NCBI GenBank assembly: GCA_963816145.1
Contig: CAWFJP010000017.1
Location: 251,435 to 315,434 of the forward strand
Length of the DNA: 64,000 nucleotides
DNA from: an uncultured delta proteobacterium
GTDB lineage: Bacteria; Desulfobacterota; Binatia; UBA9968
Direction: 5' to 3'
Shown: positions 57,872 to 64,000 of the stretch, piece after piece
Numbering within the stretch: position 1 is the first letter of the stretch
Layout of the letters: every line of letters begins with the position of its first letter
Program-made: the position numbers and the translations under genes
Notes under the pieces: model-generated
Told to the model about the DNA's origin: nothing
What the model saw: the letters and a program-made list of their open reading frames with translations, nothing else
Database searches by the model: none

Positions 57872-59391
57872 ATGAACGCCGCCCAAAGTCCGCTATTTGA
57901 ACCGGTTGTTTGGCACGACGGCGGCTTCAAGATCCTCGACGAGATTCAAGTCCCGCAAAAGATCCATTACATCGAGGTGACCGAGGTCGGCCAAGCGCTC
58001 GACGCCGTGCGCGAGATGAGGACCCGCGCCTTCGGCCAGGTGCTGACCTATCTCTATAGCGCAGCCTTGGTTGCACAACATTATCACAGAGCGGAAGCGG
58101 CGCCGTTGCAAGAGCAATTGCAGCAGTTAACCCAGCGCTTCTGCGACGCGCGGCCGACCTTCGATTTTCGCGGTCTCGGCGCTTTCGTCGGATGGCTTCT
58201 TCGAAAAACTCCCCGCCGGCGCCGACGTCGGCGCAACCATCGCCACGCGAGCGCGCGAGTTCGGCCAGCATATTGTGCGCGGCCGCAGCTGGCCGGGCCA
58301 AGCGGACCGCGGCGATTCTGCCCAGCCCGGTGCGGCTGCTGACGCATTGCAATATCAGCGGCGAGCTGGTCGCTGTGGCCGCGAATTGCAAAGAGATGGG
58401 CAAAGAGTTTTCCGTGATCGCTACGGAAACTCGTCCCTACTTGCAAGGCGCGCGACTGACGGCCTGGGAGCTGGCCCAGGCCGGCGTGAGCGTTTCATTG
58501 ATCCCTGACAGCGCGGTGGCGCAGGTATTGGCGCAAGGTGAAGTCAATGCGGTGATCGTCGGCGCCGACCGGGTGGCGCAAAACGGCGATGTTATCAACA
58601 AGGTCGGCACCTATCCGATCGCGCGCATGGCCAAAGAGTATGGCGTGCCGTTTCACGCCTTGGTACAAGATCCGGGTTCGTTGGCGCGCGGTATGGATGT
58701 GCCGATCGAAGAGCGGCCGGCCGAAGAGTTGCTTACTTTTCGCGGCCGCCCTTTAGTTGCCGGCGATCACGCGCAGTTGCAGGTGCGCTATCCATCGTTC
58801 GATGTGACGCCGGCTGAGTACATCACGCAACTGATCGGTTTCGACGCGGTCTATACGCCGGAAAGCTTTCGGCAGAAATATCAAAAGGACGCTTCGGCTC
58901 CGGTGATCGAGCCCCCAGCCGGCGGCAATTATTTGTTGATTTACGGCGTGCCGCCGCCGAACCAATTGTCATTTCTTCTCAGCGCGTTGAAAGCGGAGGG
59001 AGCCGGGAGCATCTTGATTCCGGAGATGCGCCCGCAGCTTTGGGGCGCGCGCCGCGTCGCTCCGGAACTTATCAAGCGCGACGCCCCGACCACGCTGATT
59101 TCCGACAACATGATGGGCACGCTGTTCGCTCATGGCGAGATCGCCAAGCTGTGCTTTTTCTATGACGGCTTGGCGCCGGAGGGGCCGCGCGGCATTTGTG
59201 GCGCACTGCTGGCAGTGCAGCTGGCGCGCTTGCATGGCGTCGCCATCGAGCTTTTCAGCGGCGACGGGCATAGCGAATCGACCGCCGATAGCGATGTCTC
59301 GACTTTTCTCGGCGAACTGATTTGTCCGGACGGCGTCGTAGTCCGGCCACTCGGTGCGGAAGTCGTTCCATGGGCTCTATTCAAAAGTTAG
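57872..59391 (+). CDS. mtnA: MtnA/eIF2B-family ribose-1-phosphate isomerase with extra C-terminal domain (frameshifts at ~58195-58290)
   Basis: ILDEIQVP, THCN, ETRPYLQGARLTAWEL, VGADRVAQNGDVINKVGTY, PIEER, FDVTP. Confidence 0.8.
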
Positions 59392-59404
59392 ACAAGGTTG
59401 AGTT

Positions 59405-60403
59405 GTGGCTAAAATCGACAACGACATGATCCGCTTGGGCAAGCTGCTGTTCGAGCGCCGGCTGATCAGCGGCTGGGGCGGCAATCTGAGTTGCCGCATT
59501 GGCAAAAACGATTTTCTCATTACCGGGCAGCATGCGCCGCTGGGCTTTTTAACGGCAAAAGATTTGGTGCGCATCCGCGCTGACGGCAAGCCGTTGAAAA
59601 AAAGCCAGCGGGCGTCGAGCGAAACGCCGATGCATCTGGCGGTCTACGCCGGCACCGATGCCCAGGCGATCGTCCATGTCCATCCGCCGATGGTGCTGGC
59701 GTTTTCCTTATCGCACGACAGCTTTGCGCCGCTCAGTTACGAAGAGAAATACACCATCGGCAAGGTGCCGGTCATTCCTCAGGACACGCCGACGGTGACC
59801 AAACCGGAAGCGGTGGTCGAAGCGCTCAAATACAACCCCATTGCGATCATCAAAGGCCACGGCACGGTGGCGATCGGCAACACTTTTCAGGAAGCGTTTC
59901 TCTACACCGACTTGCTCGAAGAAGCGGTGTTTTGCCAATTCTATCAAAGCGGCATCGCTGGGCCGCGCACGCTGGGAGATGTGCGCTCCGCGGCAGCGGC
60001 TGCGGCGAGCCCGGCCGCGGGCAAGGCGTACGAGCTGTTCTCGCAAGCGCATATGGCCGCGCTGGTCGACAGCGCCAACGGCGACGGCGACTTTCGCCAA
60101 TCCGGCAGCGCTACCAGCTTAACCACGTCGTTGACCTTGCACATGGAAGATACTGACGCGGCCTGGACGGTGCACTTTGTCGGCGGCGAAATTACCGCCT
60201 TGACCGAAAAATCGGATGGTGATTTTCTCATCAGCGGCCAGGCCGAGTGGTGGCGGGCGGTGTTCAGCAATAAGATCGACGCGTTCCTAGCGACGCAGCA
60301 GGGCAAGTTGAAACTCAAACGCGGCGAACTGGCGCAGTTATCGCGCTGGTACAAACCATTTCAGAGGGCATTTGCGTTATGGCAGACGATACCGATTCAC
60401 TAG
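59405..60403 (+). CDS. Class II aldolase/adducin-family protein fused to an SCP2-like domain
   Basis: GNLS, SSETPMH, HVHP, GHG; C-terminal DFLISG..EWWRAV...DAFLATQQGKLKLKRG is SCP2-like. Confidence 0.85.
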   Translation: MAKIDNDMIRLGKLLFERRLISGWGGNLSCRIGKNDFLITGQHAPLGFLTAKDLVRIRADGKPLKKSQRASSETPMHLAVYAGTDAQAIVHVHPPMVLAFSLSHDSFAPLSYEEKYTIGKVPVIPQDTPTVTKPEAVVEALKYNPIAIIKGHGTVAIGNTFQEAFLYTDLLEEAVFCQFYQSGIAGPRTLGDVRSAAAAAASPAAGKAYELFSQAHMAALVDSANGDGDFRQSGSATSLTTSLTLHMEDTDAAWTVHFVGGEITALTEKSDGDFLISGQAEWWRAVFSNKIDAFLATQQGKLKLKRGELAQLSRWYKPFQRAFALWQTIPIH

Positions 60404-61908
60404 GATTCTATGCCGGCGAAGTTTTGGAACGGACCGCGGCGCGCCAACCGGACAAAACCGCGATCATCGCCAAGGAAGAGGAGTTGACGTTCGCCGCGCT
60501 CAATCGGCGCGTGCACGCGCTGGCCGGCCACTTGAGCGCAGAGGGCATCCGCCAGGGCGACCGGGTCGGCGTCCTGTTGCCGAACTCCGCGGCGATTCCG
60601 CTAACTTATTATTCGACCCAGAAGATCGGCGCCGTCAGCGTGATCCTCGATGCCCGCTTGAAGGGTAAAGAACTCGAAGGCGTGTTGCAGGACGCCGATT
60701 TGAAACTGCTGGTGGTGCACCAGCAGCTTTATCCAGAAGTCGAAGAGATCTTTAAATCCATGACGCCAATCCCGGTCTGGGTCGCCGGCGCTAGCGGCGA
60801 GCGCAGTTTTGAGCTACGTTTCAGCGGCGGCGCAGCAGTGACGAACTTGCCGAGTTTCAAGCCCGACGACGATGCTTTGATTCTTTACACCTCGGGCACC
60901 ACCGGCGAGCCCAAAGGCGTGGTGCTGTCCTATCGCAATCTGCTGCAGTACCCCAGAGTGATGCGTGAGATGGGCGTTACCGATTCGGCGACCATGCGCG
61001 GTTGCGTGTTGCCGATGTCGCATATCGTCGGCCCGGTGGTGTGCAACGAGTTGGCGGAAAAGGGCTATACGCTGGTGATCTTCGATCAGATCAATCCGGT
61101 TACCTTGCTCGAAGGCATTCAAAAATACCGGGTCGATGTCTTCGAAAGCGTGCCGATCGTGTTTCAGCTTTTGCTCGGCGTGAAAAACCTGGCCAGCTAC
61201 GACACCAGCAGCATGAAGATCGCCGCGATGATGGGCACGAGCATCCCGATGCCGCTGTTGCGTGCGTTTCAGGCCGCCCAGCCGCATATCAAAGTGATTC
61301 AAGGCTACGGTTTGACCGAAACGTCACCGATGATCACGCTGGTCGATCCGGACAAAGCCGAAGCCAAGATGGGCAGCATCGGCCGGGCCGTGCCCGGCGT
61401 GGAGGTGCGCATCGTCGATGAAAACGACAAAGAAGTGCCGGTGGGCGAGGCCGGCGAGATCATCACCCGCGGACCGCATGTCATGAAGGGATACTTTCGC
61501 CGCGCCGATGCCACTGCGCAGCGCATCCGCAACGGCTGGCTCTACACCGGCGATGTCGGCAAGGTCGAAACGGACGGTTATTTCTACCATCTCGGCCGGC
61601 GCGACGACATGATCATCACCGGCGGCTTGAACGTCTACCCCGCCGAGGTGGAAAATATGATTTATACCTATCCCGGCGTGCAGGAGACCATTGTCTTCGC
61701 CATCCCCGAGGCCAAGCGCGGCCATGTGATCGGCGCCGCCATCGTGCCGCGGCCGGGGGCAGCGCTCGTCGAAAAAGAGTTGCTGACTTTTCTGCGCGCC
61801 AATCTGGCCAACTTCAAAGTGCCCGACCGCATCGTCATCCGCGAATCGCTGCCGCGCACCTCGTCGGGGAAAACGATCCGGGACGCCGCGACGCTGCTGG
61901 GGGATTGA
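60379..61908 (+). CDS. Acyl-CoA ligase (class I adenylate-forming)
   Basis: YTSGTTGEPKG, QGYGLTETSP, YTGD, GRRDDMIITGGLNVYPAEVE, SGK. Confidence 0.92.
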   Translation: MADDTDSLGFYAGEVLERTAARQPDKTAIIAKEEELTFAALNRRVHALAGHLSAEGIRQGDRVGVLLPNSAAIPLTYYSTQKIGAVSVILDARLKGKELEGVLQDADLKLLVVHQQLYPEVEEIFKSMTPIPVWVAGASGERSFELRFSGGAAVTNLPSFKPDDDALILYTSGTTGEPKGVVLSYRNLLQYPRVMREMGVTDSATMRGCVLPMSHIVGPVVCNELAEKGYTLVIFDQINPVTLLEGIQKYRVDVFESVPIVFQLLLGVKNLASYDTSSMKIAAMMGTSIPMPLLRAFQAAQPHIKVIQGYGLTETSPMITLVDPDKAEAKMGSIGRAVPGVEVRIVDENDKEVPVGEAGEIITRGPHVMKGYFRRADATAQRIRNGWLYTGDVGKVETDGYFYHLGRRDDMIITGGLNVYPAEVENMIYTYPGVQETIVFAIPEAKRGHVIGAAIVPRPGAALVEKELLTFLRANLANFKVPDRIVIRESLPRTSSGKTIRDAATLLGD

Positions 61909-61915
61909 AAATCGT

Positions 61916-62170
61916 TCACCACGAAGGACACGAAGAGCACGAAGGCCGGAATTCTGGTCGCAAAGAGCGCAAAAAAGAAATCGGATTATCTCTCGCAAAG
62001 GCGCAAAGACGCCAAGGGAAGAGAAAAATGTCATTTCGACCGGAGGGAGAAATCTTTGTTAGATCACTCGCCCGGGCTCGGGATGACTGGCTTTGCCCGT
62101 CACTTAGCGTCTTTGCGCTCCTTCGACTTTGCTCAGGACATGCTTTGCGGGAGAAATCTCCGGATCCGAT
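61916..62170. repeat. Nested composite of short palindromic intergenic repeats
   Basis: CACGAAG x3; TCTCGCAAAGGCGCAAAGACGCCAAG pairs with CTTAGCGTCTTTGCGC...CTTTGCGGGAGA, enclosing GTCATTTCGA...GGGATGAC and interrupted by CTTCGACTTTGCTCAGG. Confidence 0.75.
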
Positions 62171-62200
62171 ATCTCTATCTCCCCGGCGGTAAGTGAATCC

Positions 62201-62923
62201 ATGATAACTTGGCCGGCAGCGCCCGCTGATCTTCCAGCGCTTGAACAGACGGTCCATGTCTGGGCGGTGCCGCTTGACGATGCGAGCGTCGATCTCGACG
62301 GCGGGCGGGAGTTGCTCTCGCCGGACGAGCGCGAGCGGGCGGCGCGCTTTCACTTCGAACAGCACCGGCGGCGCTATTTAATTGCCCATATCGCGCTGCA
62401 TGAAATCCTCGGCCGCTATTTGCAAATTGACCCAGCGCGGCTGTTTTTCGAACTCGGCAGCAACGGCAAGCCCAGGCTGCCGGCGTCACTCGCGGCGAGC
62501 GGCATTGATTTCAATCTGTCCCATTCCCATGAAATGGCACTGCTCGCCGTCAACCGCATCGGCGAGCTCGGCATCGATATCGAGTACGCCAAACCCGACT
62601 TCAAATTCCAGGAAATCGCCGAGCGATTCTTCACGGCGCGGGAAGTCGCGGCAATGCGCGGATTGCCAACCGACTTGCAACGCCAGGCGTTTTTCAAATG
62701 CTGGACTAGCAAAGAGGCTTTTCTCAAGGCCAAGGGCACCGGGTTGTCGGGCAACTTGGACGAAGTTGAAATCACCCTTGGCGCTCAGGATCAAGTGCTC
62801 ATTCATGCCAACGTGTCTGGCTGGTCTTTGACCGAACTGGACCGGGTCGAGACTTACGAATCCACGCTCGTCGTTTCCGGTGCACCGGTGCCGATCCTCT
62901 ACTATCATTGGCAGCCGTATTGA
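62201..62923 (+). CDS. Sfp-type 4'-phosphopantetheinyl transferase
   Basis: LSPDERERAARF, GKP, FNLSHS, GIDIE, WTSKEAFLKAKGTGL. Confidence 0.93.
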   Translation: MITWPAAPADLPALEQTVHVWAVPLDDASVDLDGGRELLSPDERERAARFHFEQHRRRYLIAHIALHEILGRYLQIDPARLFFELGSNGKPRLPASLAASGIDFNLSHSHEMALLAVNRIGELGIDIEYAKPDFKFQEIAERFFTAREVAAMRGLPTDLQRQAFFKCWTSKEAFLKAKGTGLSGNLDEVEITLGAQDQVLIHANVSGWSLTELDRVETYESTLVVSGAPVPILYYHWQPY

Positions 62924-62933
62924 GCTGTCTGGT

Positions 62934-63062
62934 TCGGATTCGGACATTCCTCGCGCCAAGGACGCCAAGGTCGCAAAGTGACGGGCTGAAGCCCGTCATC
63001 CCGAGCGAAAGCGAGGGATCTAAGGTTGCCCGTCATTCCGGGCGGCGACCCGGAATCCAGGC
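62934..63062. repeat. Composite palindromic repeat, inverted homologue of ~62059-62168
   Basis: TCGGATTCGGA...AAGTGACGGGC..AGCCCGTCATCCCGAGC..GCGAGGGATCTAA, plus GTCATTCCGGG...CCCGGAATCCAG. Confidence 0.7.
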
Positions 63063-63563
63063 TCATGGGTGGGGGGGCTTCAGGTTTTTTCTTATCAGGT
63101 GTCCCAAGATTTGCCTGCCAAAACAACTCCACAGCAGCAATTCCCCAGCCCCAGTAGGTGTCCCGCCAATCCGACTACTATCCAAGCGGGAGTATCAAAT
63201 CGACTACATGGTGTAGCAAACTTGCGACACATAGAAGCGCTGCGCCAGTAGGATTCCCGATCCCCCCAAGCCAGGTTTTTTCCGTAATTTCGAAAGTTTA
63301 GCCGTTCACATGGCCATAGGTCATATCTGGTACATCGATTGCGCTAGAGCGTGGAAGTGTGTCCGCCGCGGTGGGGGTAGCGACCGCGGGGAACGGTTCG
63401 CCAATGGAAAAATTTCCTCTGGACAGCGGTCGATTTACAGCGATAGGTTGGATGCCAGACAGACAAACTTGACGATTCCGCAGACTGTATTGGTGCCGGC
63501 AGATAGCGTCATCAGATAAGGCAAAAGTAAAAATGCAAAAGGCGAAATGACTGGAGGCAAGCG

Positions 63564-64000
63564 ATGCCACCGAAAATCGTATTGTGTTTGCTGACAACTG
63601 TCTTGCTGACCGCTGTCCCTCCGACCGACGCACAGCAGCCAACGAAGATTCCTCGGATTGGATTCTTGCAGCGGCGGGTTGCTCCAACACCAGCCAACCC
63701 CGATCCGCTTTCCGACGCATTTCTGAAAGGGCTGCAAGAGTCCGGCTACATCGACGGGAAAAACATTAAGATAGAGCACCGCTATGCGGAGGGACGGACG
63801 GACCGCCTTCCTGGTATCATCGCTGAATTCGTGCAACCGAAGGTCGATGTCATCGTCGTCGCAAGCACCCCGGCGATCCGCGCGGTCAAGCAAGCGACAA
63901 ACACGATTCCCATTGTGATCGTGACTCAAGAAGATCCTGTTGCTGCAAAGCTGGTCGATAGCTTGGCGCGCCCAGGTGGGAACATCACCGGCCTTACGAG
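63564..64000 (+). CDS. ABC transporter substrate-binding protein (ABC_sub_bind type), runs off window end; not in ORF track
   Basis: GGAGG RBS; MPPKIVLCLLTTVLL...DAQQPTKIPRIGFL...GYIDGKNIKIEHRYAEG...VDVIV...TIPIV...SLARPGGNITG. Confidence 0.9.
   Translation, partial: MPPKIVLCLLTTVLLTAVPPTDAQQPTKIPRIGFLQRRVAPTPANPDPLSDAFLKGLQESGYIDGKNIKIEHRYAEGRTDRLPGIIAEFVQPKVDVIVVASTPAIRAVKQATNTIPIVIVTQEDPVAAKLVDSLARPGGNITGLT

Overview
Bacterial window whose gene style (type IVa pilin locus, ABC_sub_bind-type substrate-binding protein, composite palindromic repeats) suggests a deltaproteobacteria-like lineage such as Binatia; the taxonomy is an inference. It has three parts. (1) 1-7.3 kb: a type IVa pilin locus. 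An unusual single-polypeptide PilS-membrane-domain/PAS/sigma54-activator gene precedes a sigma54 promoter, pilA and two GT-C-type glycosyltransferase genes. (2) About 7.3-45.4 kb: an accessory island ending at the 5' half of a tRNA-Thr(CGT). It holds an IS21, a tyrosine-integrase remnant, a ~25.6 kb hybrid PKS-NRPS cluster (AsnB; PaaK-like ligase-A-T; KS-AT-KR-DH-ACP; C-A(Ser)-T; KS-AT-ACP-aminotransferase-C-A-T-C-A-T) with no thioesterase and an orphan IS21 end just after it, a SWIM/SNF2 pair, a DUF433/DUF5615 toxin-antitoxin pair and two tail-to-tail IS1634. (3) 45.4-64 kb: core-like genes (TPP riboswitch-thiSGE, holA, a DD-carboxypeptidase) and a MarR-linked operon (Fe-S oxidoreductase, nucleoside phosphorylase, MtnA-like isomerase, aldolase-SCP2 fusion, acyl-CoA ligase, then a PPTase) that looks like an extended DHAP-shunt pathway for a 5'-substituted nucleoside. 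Several single-base frameshifts (pilA, YfhO-like, istA, Fe-S protein, mtnA) are probably sequencing or assembly indels. All family calls come from motif recognition by eye; no database search was run.
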